DNA of 64,000 bases from the human T2T-CHM13v2.0 reference genome, Homo sapiens. Position numbers and translations under genes: made by a program. Each line of letters starts with the position of its first letter. The first letter of the stretch is position 1. The notes beneath the pieces are model-generated. The model saw only the letters and a list, made by a program, of their open reading frames with translations. It was not told where the DNA came from and did not search any database. This document shows positions 1 through 13,129 of this stretch, one piece after another. Where the stretch lies: NCBI RefSeq assembly GCF_009914755.1, contig NC_060926.1; one strand, written 5' to 3'.

Positions 1-275
1 GCTCTGATGTACAAGAGCAGTGGACAAAGGGCGTCCTAACTCTAGGAGAGGGAGAACAAATTCACATTTCCTTTGTTTTTTTGTTCTATCTGGGCCTTCA
101 GTTGACTGGAAGGTGCCTGCCTATATTGAGGATGAATCTTCTCCACTCAGTCCACTGACTCTCATAACAATCTCCTTTAGAAACACCCTCACAGACATGC
201 CCAGAAATCATGCTTTACCAGCCATCTATGTATCCCTTAATCCAGTCAAGTTGACACCCAAAAGTAACCATCACA
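1..275 (-). mobile_element. MLT2 (ERVL) LTR fragment
   Basis: Reverse complement begins TGTGATGGTTACTTTTGGGTGTCAACTTGACTGGATTAAGGGATAC, the typical MLT2 5' end; truncated by the window edge. Confidence 0.85.
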
Positions 276-409
276 AAGTCTATTAACTTCAAAGCTCCTC
301 AAAGAACTTATCATTTCTTTTCAACATGGGTTGAGACTCTTAGACAGTCCCCTCAAATGCCAGCAAATACCTCCATTTGATAAGACCAGCACGTGGAAAA
401 TGGAAGTGA

Positions 410-530
410 TACTGGGCTGAGAGCTAGAAACCCTGGTTCCAGTACCAACTCTTTCACTAATAAGTTGTATGACCTTGGTTGGTCAAGTCACTTCATTTTG
501 TGGACTTCGGCTTCTTTTTGTCTTCAATAG
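410..530 (+). mobile_element. MIR SINE fragment
   Basis: ccctggttcc...tgtatgaccttgg...caagtcacttc matches the MIR core. Confidence 0.7.
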
Positions 531-989
531 GACAAAGCTGTGATTCATGGCTTTCCAATTCCTGCCACATTCAGTGTAGGCACAGTCCTTTCTCTTAACA
601 GTAAAATATACTGGTGAAGTACCAGCCTGTTCATAGTGCAAAATTCTGAAGACCACCTTTTCATATAGCCCATAAACCGTTCTACATTGTCTTGAGTTAT
701 AGTAAACAAGGGAAGAAGGGGCCTGCCCTGCAAAATGGTCACTGGTGTCTGCTCAGCTTATATAGGCAGTGACTGTGTTTTACCTCTGACCCTTCAAAAC
801 TCTATGATGAGGTGGTGTTTGTGAACTGAGGGTCATGTGCGAATTGGGACTCTCCTGGCCTGGGAAAGGTGGACCAACACTAAAGTAGTATTATCTGATG
901 CCTGCTTGGTGGATCAACCACCTCAGTAACTGATCTAATAGTTCCTTTCCTAATAAGCTAAGCCTTTTCACAACTCTGTGTTTTTCAAT

Positions 990-1325
990 GTAGTATTCCC
1001 ACTGTCTAAAATGCCTATGTTCATGTTGGCAAATTCACCTCTACTTTTAAGCCCCATTCAAGTATCACTCCCTCTGTAAAACATCTTCCTGCACCCCCAC
1101 TTCCTTCTCTCGTCTCCTACAGCACTGCCTCCTCTGCTCCTCCCATTTCTGCTATCATCCTATCACATTACTTTGTCCTTATCCACTTACTTATAGCACC
1201 CTGCCACCAGTCCCAGTGGAACATGAGTTCTTCTGTCTCACCTGTAGTCCACAACACAGAGTCTAGCATAAAAATCTGTACCATAAATGTTAAACATACT
1301 AATTAATAAATGTAACAAATGAAAT
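990..1325 (+). mobile_element. L2 LINE 3' fragment
   Basis: caagtatcactccctctgtaaaacatcttcctg...gtctagcata...ataaatgt resembles the L2 3' end. Confidence 0.6.
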
Positions 1326-1799
1326 CACCTTTCCAAAGATAGAACTGAAAAATGTACTTGCTTTGACTTTTTAAAAAATCAATGACTCTGCTTTAGAATG
1401 GATCCACCTTAAAAGGGGAGGTATGGCTTGCCTGGCCAGGAGCAACAACAGCAATAAAACAAGAAACTACAAATGATAAGATGACCTAAAATTCTCCGTG
1501 GCAGAAGACAACTGTAATTTTTTTAAAAAAAGCTTTTCTTGTGTGTAGACATAGAGCTGGGAATAAGAAAACTATAAGGGGAAAGAGATGAACTGCATTT
1601 AGGAAAATCCTATTTGGTGGTGGTGGTGGTGGAGATAGTGGTTGCTGTTTTTGTTCTCTCAAAGCCTTCCAAAAGTTGAAGAGAATGGACTGAGCTAGAG
1701 TGGAAATGAAGTCCGCAGACATCTGTCATTACCTCTGCAAATTTTTTACTAGACCTAGGGTATGCTGCTGCAACTATTCTAGTACAAAATACCCTCAAA

Positions 1800-2250
1800 T
1801 AAATAAATTTTTTTTGTGGACTTACATGTTCTTAGCTCTAGGAATAAAAACATTATTAAGACATCGCCACTGTCCTTGTCTTTGAGGAGCACATAGTCTA
1901 GCTTGGGAAACACACTCATAAATAACTTACTATAGTTCAAAGTGACAAGAACAGTTACAAGAACAGTATGAAGAATTAGAAACAGATGAAGAAATGATTA
2001 ATTCTCAGTGATGGCACTGGTCATGAACGTTTTCAGGGGAATGTGAGTTTAGAGCTGGTTGTTGAGGGATAAATACACATTTGCAGGAAGAGAAGGAAAC
2101 AAAAACAAGATCTGTCAGGGACAGAACAAACCCATAGAGGGAGATATAAAAGTGCACACTGTAAGGTGTAGAAAGAAATATGGCTAGGGATGAGGTTTAG
2201 AAAAGTGAGATTGGAATGATGTTGGTGGTCTTTGAACTATGCAAGAATCG
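1800..2250 (-). mobile_element. L2 LINE fragment
   Basis: tccttgtctttgaggagcacatagtctagc, antisense L2 3' motif. Confidence 0.6.
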
Positions 2251-3819
2251 TTGACAAAAGCCTTTCTCTATATTAGGCATTTTGTGTTCAAATATGAAAA
2301 ATACTCTCTCATGTATGAATTAGGATAAAGCAAAAAGTAAATGATTGTTATTTTTCTTGTTTCTGTTTTACTTGTGGTTTCTCTGATTCCTTCAACTCTC
2401 CATTAACTGTGGTCTTAATCCCAATCTTTCTCCTTGTCAATACATCCTCTTACCACAATCCGATTCACCACCTTAATTATTCATCTGTTAACTATATAAA
2501 CACAATTTTAAGGTGAAATAAATTGTACATGTGTATGAATCCTCTACTCCCTTGGTGACACTACTTTATGTTTTGGGGGTATGAATCCAAACCATTTTAG
2601 TAACAATTTATTTGCTTTTGAGGATCTTAAGGGTAGAGAGTCAAGTGTTTTGTTTAATAACAAAACCTCCTATGGAAATTCTAAAACCTAATCTAAGAAT
2701 TTTTCATATGGCTGAATATTGTTTGCTAAGGTCAAAAGGAAGTTTAGAGTTGGATTATTTTAATATTAATTATTTTCAATAAAGAATATGCTAGGTCTAT
2801 TAATAATTTCAAAATGAATTTGTTATTGATATATCTTAAAGTTTTTAAAAAGGAGTCCTCCATTCTGTTAAAACATTTGCTTTCATTTCTTTTGTCTTAT
2901 CGCTATTATTGCCATTATGTATTTGTAAAGGGGTAGAATAACATTTTTTCCCTCCTACTGCCCCTCTTCTAACTACACAGAGTCATAATAAAATGGGAGA
3001 AATACTGCTCAGTGGCCTTTTTTGTTTTTGTGTGTGTGTTTTTACTTTTCTGGAATATTTTAAGACTATCAGAAAAAAACTAAGCTGATACTCTGCTCAG
3101 ATCTTTGCTTTACATTTTATTTTAATGTATTACTGCATGACTTGAAGAAGGAAGCTAAAAATTGTCAGAGTATTGTCAGGGGCAATGCTTGCAAAAACCA
3201 ATCTAGTTTCACCACCCCTATTAGCTTTTCCACTTTCCATGAAAAAATTATTTCTGTCAATATTTTAATTTCAACTAGACAGGGTGGAAGGAGTGAGTGA
3301 CATCGAAGCAGATGGTTGTCAGAAAACTGATGACTGCATACAGTGGTGTGATTAAGAATTACAGAATAAATATATGCAGCTAGCTGTAAATACCTGGCAT
3401 ACATACATACATATATATATATATCCCTATGGAACTCAATCTTACAGATTATATTATAATTAATAAAATACTTATATTTTGATAGTATATTTTAATAAGT
3501 CACTAAACTGTTACATAAGTATTAGCTATGCCTATAAGGTCAATGAAAAAGGTGAATATAAATATGACCTTAAAAATCATTATTCAGCTTCCTTATTAAC
3601 TTTCTAAACACCTTGAAAGATGTCTGTCAGCTGCTTAAATAAAAAGAAGTGTAATTAGAATCATACAGATTATTTGCCTGTGGTTGTTAGGGTCAGAGAG
3701 GACTCCCCCAAATCAGTATCTATGCCACATTGCATCATCAAATCAATATAGAATTTTGCCGTTTTTGAATAGCTTGGTTTTAGGGGTCAAACATTGGTGT
3801 GGGCAAGGAATGTCTATGC

Positions 3820-4502
3820 ATAAGTGCTCAAACTTTTTGTCTATGACCCATGTTGTGGGTTGAACAGTATGATCCTAAAAAGATGTTGAAGTTCTGACTC
3901 CCAGTGTCTGTGACTGTGGCCTTATTTATAAATAGAATCTTTGCAGATGATCAAGAAAAAGTGAGGTCATTAGGGTGGGCCTTAATCTAATACAACTGTG
4001 TCCTGATAAAAAGGAAATATTGAGACACAGAAAGACATACACGCAGGGAGAATGCCATGTGAATATGAAGGCAGAATTTGGGGTGACGCATCTATAAATC
4101 AAGAAATGCCAGTGATTGCCAGCAAACTACCAGGCAGTAGGAAACAGGTATGGAATATATCCTCCCTCACAGTCTCAGAACCCAGCCCTGATGATACCTT
4201 GATCTCAAACTTCTAACCACCAGAACTATTTAATTCTGATGCATAAGCCACCCAGGTTTTAGTACTTTGTTATGGAAGCCCTAACAAACTAACACAACCC
4301 ACAATCAGAAATGCATTGTAATCCACAATATCCACATATATAGAACATACATATAGCAAAGTTTTTACAAAACAGTATTTGCCATTACTACATGTGATAT
4401 ACTCCGACATTTTCTATTCTACATATTTTTAAATTTTTGCTGGCCTACAACTCACAAAATTTATTTTTAAAAGATCAAGACCCACAGTTTGGAAAATATT
4501 AG
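3820..4502. mobile_element. hAT-Charlie-type non-autonomous DNA transposon, split by an MLT1 LTR
   Basis: Ends agtgctcaaactttttg... and ...gacccacagtttggaaaatatt resemble degenerate Charlie-type TIRs; the element resumes at 4297 after the LTR. Confidence 0.55.
3851..4296 (+). mobile_element. MLT1 (MaLR, MLT1B/C-like) solo LTR, complete
   Basis: TGTTGTGGGTTGAA start, ...tactttgttatggaagccctaacaaactaacaCA end, 5-bp TSD ACCCA (3846-3850 / 4297-4301). Confidence 0.9.
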
Positions 4503-5044
4503 CCTAATACGAAAACAATATTGAGCTGCCTTTAGTTTTATTTAGGTCCCTTTTATTTGCTGTGATTGAAACAGATCTGAGAAAAGACGAAGTTTTAACA
4601 GAGCATGATATGCATCGCTAATGAAAAACATGAAATCTACAAAACATTCACATGTCAAAACTATTTACTAGAGTCCTTTAAAATCAGCACTAAAACTCCG
4701 GGCCCAAACTGATAAGCAGTATTCTAAGTAGTCCTCAAGTTGTATATTGTTCTGACGTCAGCAGGTACAGTCCAAGGAATAATTCTTACCCCAATCATTT
4801 TGGCTGCAGTTTACCTTGAACAGTGTTGAGCAGGTTTAAGAAGGTTAAAGTCTGTGAACAGTGGTTAAATCACTAATCAAATTTTAGTAATCTCTTGATC
4901 AGAAGCGATCTTACTTTTTAGCTCACAACTGAAGAGGTGTGGCCTCATTGGAGCCTCTATTTCTGAATTTGAAGCCCTCTATATCCTATCTAGCTCTTTC
5001 CTCTCTCAATTCTTTGTACTTTACAATTATTTTTACTCCTTTCT

Positions 5045-5535
5045 AGGGTAAGCCAAATGTTGCTGCATAATAAAAAACACAAAATATTAGTGGCATACAA
5101 TAATAATAAGCATTTATTTTTCACACATCTTCAGGGAGGCTAGGGTATTTCAGCTGGGCTTACTCACATGTCTGCAGATTGTTGAGGGGTCTGTTGAAGT
5201 AAGCTTGTCTAGGCAGAATAGCTTTAAGCTGTGAGGCTAGTTGACCCAGGTCTACTCCATATGGGTCCAATCTGGGGCTCATACTGCAGCCCATTCTGAA
5301 GCAGCAGCTCCCCAGGGGATGGTCTTCTTATGGCGATGGTAGAAACACAGGGGGTACACCTAACCACACAAACACATTGTATGTCCCTTCTTGCATTGCT
5401 TCTGCTGACATCCCATAGCCAAAGTAGATCATTTAGCTGATCCAAAAGTCAAGAGTGGGAGAAACTGCACGGTCACATGCTTTAAAATGTGAGAACTATG
5501 AGTGATGAAGTGGGCAAACAGTTCAACCTACCACA
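5045..5535 (-). mobile_element. Old MLT1 (MLT1J/K/L-like) LTR
   Basis: tgttgctgcataa...tagtggcatacaa...catttattt and tctgctgacatcccatagccaaag, antisense MaLR motifs. Confidence 0.7.
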
Positions 5536-7993
5536 ACCCCTTTCCCTGTAGGCTTGTTTTAGAGAAAAATATTAATTTTTCCAGACTCCTAAGAAAACAA
5601 ATATGTGTATAAACCCAAGTGGGAGAAACAATGACATAAGTGACTTTCTCAGTGACTTTTTCCTGCTGATACATTGTCGTGGGATATAGAAGGTTTGTGT
5701 TGGCAAGGATGTTGGAATTTAGCCTAAGAATATTTTTAACTAAATTTTTTATTTGAGATTTTTTTTTTGGAGGGTGAGTTACAATGTTGCACGTGTCCCA
5801 CATGTATACCTTAGTGAAATTTTCTTAAATCTGAATAACGTTCCAAACTCCTCTTTATGGATTGCTTTCTGAGACTTCAGAGAATCGTCATTTTAATTAG
5901 GATTTTAGAAGAGAGGGTAATTTAGCAGTAGAACAGGCCTTGGTAAATTTGCAGTGTTTGGGGCTTGGGGAAGGCAATACAAGAGTACCAAGTTTAGGGC
6001 ATCAGAAGAGTGAAGGCTGTAGGTAAGTCAATTGTGCAAAAGAAACACAGTGAGCAATTTTGCCTGACAGAAATTTAATTAACTTAGCTACCATGACCAT
6101 GTTTTTGATAACAAAAATTAAAGTGTTTCCTATAGCGGACCTTTATATTTAAAAATATTTGAAGATACTTTATGCATATCTTTTAAAAATGTGTGAGAAT
6201 CACATTTTAGAAATCAAATCCAATTTAAGGGGCTTTAATTAAAATATCAAGGATGTTCATCCATTTCTGATTGATTTTGATTGGCATCAATTCTCATTGT
6301 GTTAGTTTTAAAGTTCTCTGAAACTCCTCTTCCCTGCCAAATAAACAAACACTGTATAAAGCAGCACTTTAAAACCACAGAAGGGAGCGGTTGCTGTTTA
6401 AAGGAGATATGAGAATCTTTTTTTCTCTCTATCAAGAGTCTCTGGCCATTGGGGGAAATAAATTAAGAGTGCATTACAAAAAGCAAGAATTTACATTTAA
6501 AACATGTATTAGAGAAAAAAATTAAGATATTCAAGAAATCTGCTTATTATAATTAAAATGAAAGTTTTAATTTTAGTCCAGTATATAAAACCCACAAAAC
6601 TCAATTCTATGTCAATATGAGTTAAAGGAGAGAAGAATAAACAATAACAACTAAAACAGAGACAGATGAGGAAAGAAAGACCAAAAACAGAGTCAAGAAC
6701 AGGAAAGGAAGCAGACACAGAAGAGATGAGAGTGGGGTACACTGAAAATGAGGAAGGAATAAAAAAATTAAAATGTGGCCATAGTTGAAGAGAAGAGAAT
6801 CTATAAGGAAAAGAGAAAGAGAGTAAAGAGAGTTTAAGGGTGTTAAGGACCTACCAGTGTCTAGAAAGTGATAAAGGTATTACTTCATATTAGATGCTGT
6901 AAAATAAACATGTATGTTTTCATTTCCAAGTAACAACTCAAATCTTAGTAAAAGAATAAATGACAAGTTAATGGGTTGGGAATAGATTAACACGTATATG
7001 ATTAATTAAAATAAGCAAAAAAAAAAAGAATAAAGAACAGATGGGACAAATAGAAAATGATAGGTGTAAACACCAATGTAACAGCAACTAACTTAAATGT
7101 AAACAAACTCAAAACTTCAATTAGAAGACTGACTAGATTAAAAAATGAAACTCAAACTTGGAGTACTTACTAAAAACTGAAATTTAGTAAGGATGTAGAA
7201 AAATATAAAAGGATGGGGAAAAGATGTATCATGTTCACACTGACTGAATGCAAGCTGGTGATGACACACTGTTATCATGTGGAATAAATTTTAAGATAAG
7301 AAATAATATTAGGAACAAATAGAAATATTTATTAAACATATAGAAGCCAACCCATCAGGTCAATATAACTATTCTAAAGTTGTATGCCTCTAATAACATT
7401 CCTTCAAAATGTGTAAAGCAAGAATTGACTGAATTAAAAGAAGAAACAGGAAAAGCCACATTCATCATGGAACATAAGCACATTTAAATTCATAAAATGA
7501 ACATATGAAAATACAGCATGAATACAGAACATGTGAACAAGATTAACAACATTGACTTAATTGACATATATAGAACACTGAACCCAACAACAATAGATAT
7601 GTGTTATTCTCAAGTGAACTTTTTAAAAACTTATCGTCTTCTGGGCCATTTAGCAAGTCTCAACCAATGTTAAGAATTAAGTCATTAGAATATATTATTT
7701 GACCAAGCTTAAAATCATTAATAATAAAAGATAAATAGAAAATTTTCAACTGCCTGACAATTACGCAAAATAATTCTAAATTGTATGTATGCCAAAAAAG
7801 AAACACAGTGAAACTTCAAAATATTTTGAGATAAAACATATGAAAATATGATACAACAAATGTAAAATCTTGGTAAATCTCACTTTACATAAATGGATAG
7901 CCTTGAATACATACATAAGAAAAGAAGAAATGCTAAAAAACAATGATTTAAGAACTCATCTCAAGAATGTTTTTTGAAAAAACATAAGACCAG

Positions 7994-8275
7994 GGCCGGG
8001 TATGGTGCCTCACGCCTGTAATCCCAGCACTTTGGGAGGCTGAGGCAGGTGGATCACAAGGTCAGGAGATAGAGACCATCCTAGCCAACATGGTGAAATC
8101 CCGTCTGTACTAAAAATGCAAAAAATTAGCTGGGCATGGTGGTGGGTGCCTTTTATCCCAGCTACTCTGGAGGCTGAGGCAGGAGAATTGCTTGAACCCA
8201 GGGGATGGAAGTTGCATCACGCCATTGCACTCCAGTCTGGACCAAACACTAAAACTCTGTCTCAAAAAAAAAAAA

Positions 8276-8277
<2 letters not shown>
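7994..8277 (+). mobile_element. AluS (AluSc-like) SINE
   Basis: ggccggg...ggatcacaaggtcaggagatagagaccatcc; two arms and poly-A; ~11-nt deletion in the right arm. Confidence 0.95.
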
Positions 8278-8339
<62 letters not shown>

Positions 8340-8341
8340 AA
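8278..8341 (+). repeat. (GAAA)n microsatellite derived from the Alu tail
   Basis: Uninterrupted GAAA array. Confidence 0.97.
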
Positions 8342-9959
8342 ATATTTGCCAATCAAATCCAGTGATACATAAGAAGATAGTATAGCACAACCAATTTGAG
8401 TTATGGGATGCAAAAATAATTTAATATACTATACTACACTGATAGAATAAGGGAAAAAATCGTATGACTATTTTAATATACTATATAATAACATATTAAA
8501 GAGGAAAATTAGATGGTTATTTCAATATACATTCATGACAAAACTCAACTGTATATTGACAGCGGAAAAGAAATCCTGACCTTCACTTCATATCATACTC
8601 CAAAATCATTTCCACATAAATTGTAGACTCAAAAGCGAAAGGAAAAACAATATAGCAATCTCAAAGATGACACAGGAGAAAATCTTCATACCTTTGGGGT
8701 AGACAAATAAATCTAAGTCAGCCCAACAAAATGTACTAGCTATAAGAGAAAAGATAAACACATTTCACTTTGTTAAAAGCAGAGACTTCTAGAATGTCTT
8801 CATTAAATGTGATGCATGAAATATGTTATGAAGACACATGTATAAAAGATGTTTCCAAGAAGGCTCAAAACAAATAAATAAAATTAGGAAATTTTTATTT
8901 ATGAATAGATACAAAAAGAACAAAATGGAAGCCACATTTTTATCAGCTTGTACTTCAAAATATGTAACTTATAAAATCAATAGAAAAATAACCCCATAGA
9001 AAATAGAAATATGGGCAAAAAATTCAACAGACACTTTCCAAAACAGGAAATGCATTTGACCAATGAAGTATGAAGAAAAAAAATCTACCAAAACCAGCCC
9101 TCGGCTTCTTTAGAGAAGTGAAAATAAAATCTACCATATACCACTACACACTCAACAGTAGAACAGTTAAAATTTTGAAGATTAAAAATATGAAAGTAAT
9201 AGTAAATGTTTGTAATTCCCATATTCTGCCAGTGGGAGTGAAAGTTTTAAAAATTGTTTAGCAGTATCTATTAATGCTGAGCATACACATTAACAACCCA
9301 GGAATTCCACCTTGGATTTATATCCAACAGAAAGACATACTTATGAGAGCTAAATACATGTACAAGAATGTTCACAGCAGATTTATTCATAATACCCCCA
9401 AACCGAAAATAACCCAGAGGTCCATCCCCTTTAGAATGGATAAATAACTTGTGGTATTTTCATGCAATGAGAATGGACATATACTGACAGACTTTGCAAG
9501 ATGAATCAGTCTCTTAAACACAAATCAGACACAACTTCCAGTCATAGAAATTCCAATCATAGGAAGTTCCAAAACAGCAAACTAATCAATGGTGATACAT
9601 GTCAGGATAGTGATTATTATTATTGGGAGAGTAGTGAACAAGGAAGCAGGAGGGATTCCATAACTTCTCTTCTATTTCTTGATCTAGGTGGTTGGTTACA
9701 AGGCTGTGTTTATTTTGTGAAAAATCTGAATGTGATTCACTTTTCTGCATATTTATTATAATTCAATAAAACATTTACTTAAAAATTAAAACTGTTAAAG
9801 AAACCTGCATATTATTGCGTTATGAGAAGCACTAAAATATAAATTAAGAAATCACCCATCTTCACTTCTACCCACACACATTTACCACCCACAACGTAGT
9901 AAATCTAACAGCAGTGTTTAATATATGTGACAGTTTCTATGTATTGGGATAAAAGCATT

Positions 9960-10095
9960 CCATGAATTAGTACATTGCTTTCCTCAAGCTATCCTATGAA
10001 TAAGTATCATTATTATCCTCTTTATACCTATGGTCAAACTCAGGTTTAAAGCAACTATGTAATTTGTTCAAGGGACAAAGCCCAAGTTATGTTAA
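9960..10095 (-). mobile_element. MIR fragment
   Basis: cctatgaataagtatcattattatcctctttatac...aactcagg...gtaatttgttcaagg. Confidence 0.7.
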
Positions 10096-11679
10096 TACAC
10101 TTCTACCAACTTTGCTCAATGCTCAAGCTGATGGTTCTAACAAACTGTTCACAGTGAGAGCAATTGGCTAGGAGTGAAATATTGTGGAAGATAAAAATCC
10201 CTGGTCCTAAAAAGAGATGGAGAAAGGGGGATAAGTTTTGCTTCAGTTCTAATTGCATCTAGAGTCTTGGGCATAAAAACTACCATGTTTGGTGTTTCAA
10301 GTGTGAGATCAGAGGAAAATGGGCAAAATAATCAATTTGGTTTCCCCCGTTTATTTGCCTCCTGGGTTTTGCATACTGATGAGTACTGGAGGCAAAATTT
10401 AGTCTCTCTGAATAACTAAATCATATCTAAGATACACATCTGTCTGTTCTAGCACTCTATGGTTTTTCAATTCTCGGAAATGACATACATGTGAGAGATA
10501 CTATAATGTTTTTCCTAAGCAAGAGAGGAAACAACCACTACGATGAGAATGTTGAAATTCAGTATTTTCTGTTTTCCCCTGTGGTGAAGAAATGATGTGC
10601 CTTGAATGGCAAAATAGTTTCAGGGCTGTGTTTTGTATGCTACCATAACCTCAAGATTCCAGGATTTGCACATGCTGATTCATACACATCTTTGCTAAGG
10701 ATTCTATAACAGTTGTATAGTCTTGGAACACATTCATAAGGTGATATCATGAAATAAGACTGATGAGAAAAAATGGCTGCCATTTCTTCAATAGAGTAAG
10801 TCCTTAATAACACAAGGGATTCCATGATCCCTGAAATATCATCTCATTGCAGGCCAAAATCTAATTTCCTTCCTATTTTCAAATTATAGACACTGATAAA
10901 ATGAGCAAGAGAGTACAAGACAGAGAATTTAATTTACTTAGAATAAAACAGAATTAAAATAATCTCAACAATTTTAATCTACAAAAGTTCTCCAACAGTG
11001 TGGAAGGAGTTTGCCAAGAAAAATAATGTCATTTAGAACCAATTCACGTTTGACACCATTCTGGGAGCTCTTTCAAAGAAACAAATTTCCTTGAAAAAAA
11101 TAAGGTTGGATTGAAGAAGAAAACATACTGAAATGATTAGGAGTTAGCATAGTCATTTTGAAGGCAGAAAATAAAATGGAAACATAGCGTCCAGTGTTGA
11201 CAAAATCGTAGCGTCCATCCTTGACAAAATATACAAAAGTCTAGGATTACTTTTTGGCATTTTCAAATCCTTACTATGACAGTAATTTTAAGGCTTGATA
11301 TTTTAAAATGAAAAATAATTTTAAATTCTTAAACATAGATAATGCTAACGCTATTGCTGTTTATTACACAGAACTGAAAACCAAACTGAAACAGGTGTAG
11401 AATTCACCTTGTTAGAACTGAAGCTGAAGTTGTGATATTAAAAGAAATTGCAGAGTTTTTTTTAGAAGAAAGCATCAGATATTAAAACATGTTCACAGTG
11501 ACAAATAAGGCCCCACATCCACACTTGATGTTGAAAAGAAAAAAAAAAACTAATTCTGTGAAACTACTGAATGATTCACTTACATTATGATACGACTATG
11601 GTATAACTAGATAACTTTTTTTAGTTAAATGAGAACAATTGATTTTGAGAAACAGAGCAGCTTTTCAGGTTCTTCATAG

Positions 11680-11792
11680 ACAGTACTTACCTCATTAGAC
11701 TGATAAGAGGGTTAAATGAGATCATCCGTGTAAAGTGCTTAACACCTTGCAAGCCACATAGTAAGCACTAAATAAACTTTAAGTTCATTATT
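11680..11792 (+). mobile_element. MIR 3' fragment
   Basis: gtacttacctcat...gttaaatgagatcatccgtgtaaagtgcttaac...catagtaagcactaaataaa. Confidence 0.8.
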
Positions 11793-12929
11793 AAGGTTTT
11801 ACTTGTTTCCTCATAGCAAGGATTTAAGAGCAAAGAAGTAAAACATACACACTAGTGTGTATTTAGCTGCTTTTAATATACTAATGCAATTCCATCGGGG
11901 AAAAATTCATGCTTTTATTTGATAGAATTGAATATGCTAGGGCCAAAATTAGACTCTAGGAAGTACATTGTTAAAGAACATGTTGTGTGATCAGTGAAGG
12001 AAGACATTTATTGAGAACCTACTATGTGAAGAATTTTCTTCCAGGTGCTGCTTTAGCAACTCAAAACTCAGAATCTGCAATTCATCACTTTTTAGAACAT
12101 TATATAACTGAGAATTTTGAGACCCTCCGAGAAAATACATTTCTTCAATATTTTTTCTAACCACCACCACCATCACCTTTTATGATGGCTGAATTTAAGA
12201 AGGAAATTCTCATTTTAAACACTGTGCTTTTATAGTAACTTATCAAACAGTGTCCTTTAGCTGTTGTTCTGAGACAGCCACTCTATTAAAATCCTGATGT
12301 AAACAAGTGGGGAAGGTGAACTAGAAGTGCAGGTATTTGCACGGCATTACTGTCAGGTAAAATTTTAAAAATAGGTTTTATGAACCCATTATTTGCAGTC
12401 AAGGCTTTTGACTACAGCATCTGAAATCATTTAAGGAGACAAAATGTTTTGTCAAAACATACTGCTGGGAGTCAGTGTGTAGCGTCTTTTTATGTAATTC
12501 AATTTAGTTCTATTGTTTGCATGAAAGAGAAATTCTAGCTGGGCAGCCACAGTGAGCCAGTAAAAAGTGACAATATGGTGAGTATCAGAGGCAATTAAAA
12601 TTAAATGCTTTTTGTCTTCATTTTATTTCTTAATAAATGGGTAATTGTATTGTGGTGTACCTGGTGACAGGCTAAATTAAGAAGATACTGGGCATCTTCG
12701 CTAGCTTCTGTCTATCAAATTTAAATGCATAGTTGAATTCTGCATCACATGGAGGGAAATCCTAGGCAAGTTTTCTTTCCAAAATATTTTTCTGAGAAAT
12801 TAGGTCGCCAAGATCTCAGGCGGAGCTATTTTGATAAAGTGGGGGGGGCCTACTTTAGAAACAGCAAATAATGGGTTATGATAAAGAGGAACTTCTCTGA
12901 GTAAAAAAGTATATAGAGCCAAGTCTTAA

Positions 12930-13090
12930 AGAGCTGGTGCTAGTGGTAATGTTAAACATCATCAGTATAAATGATCTGGTAGATGAAGAACTGAGAATTC
13001 TCTGAGTTTGCAGTGAAAAATTCCTCTGTCTAGCATAGCATCCAATTTGAGAACAGATAATATCTCATGAATTAATACAAACGGAAAAAA
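12930..13090 (+). mobile_element. CR1/L3 LINE reverse-transcriptase remnant
   Basis: ttaaacatcatcagtataaatgatctggtagatgaagaa...tttgcagtga reads LNIISINDL..., then after a frameshift FA, resembling the CR1 LFNIFINDL...KFADD motif. Confidence 0.5.
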
Positions 13091-13129
13091 GTATGAGGAA
13101 ATGAGTAACTTTGATATTTGGATACCAAT

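Larger units (their letters stand above)
6950..9790 (+). mobile_element. Old L1M (L1MC/L1ME-like) LINE: degraded ORF2 plus 3' UTR, with internal deletions and an Alu insertion
   Basis: Endonuclease-region motifs (ttaaatgtaaac; attgacatatatagaacactgaacccaacaac), RT-region remnant at ~8345 (gccaatcaaatccag), 3' motifs (aagaatgttcacagcag...ttcataata) and terminal ttcaataaa plus A-rich tail. Confidence 0.85.

Noticed and set aside
8110-8385. ORFs with FLSF or KKER repeats (also 39891-40107)
   Set aside because: Translation of Alu sequence and (GAAA)n microsatellites.
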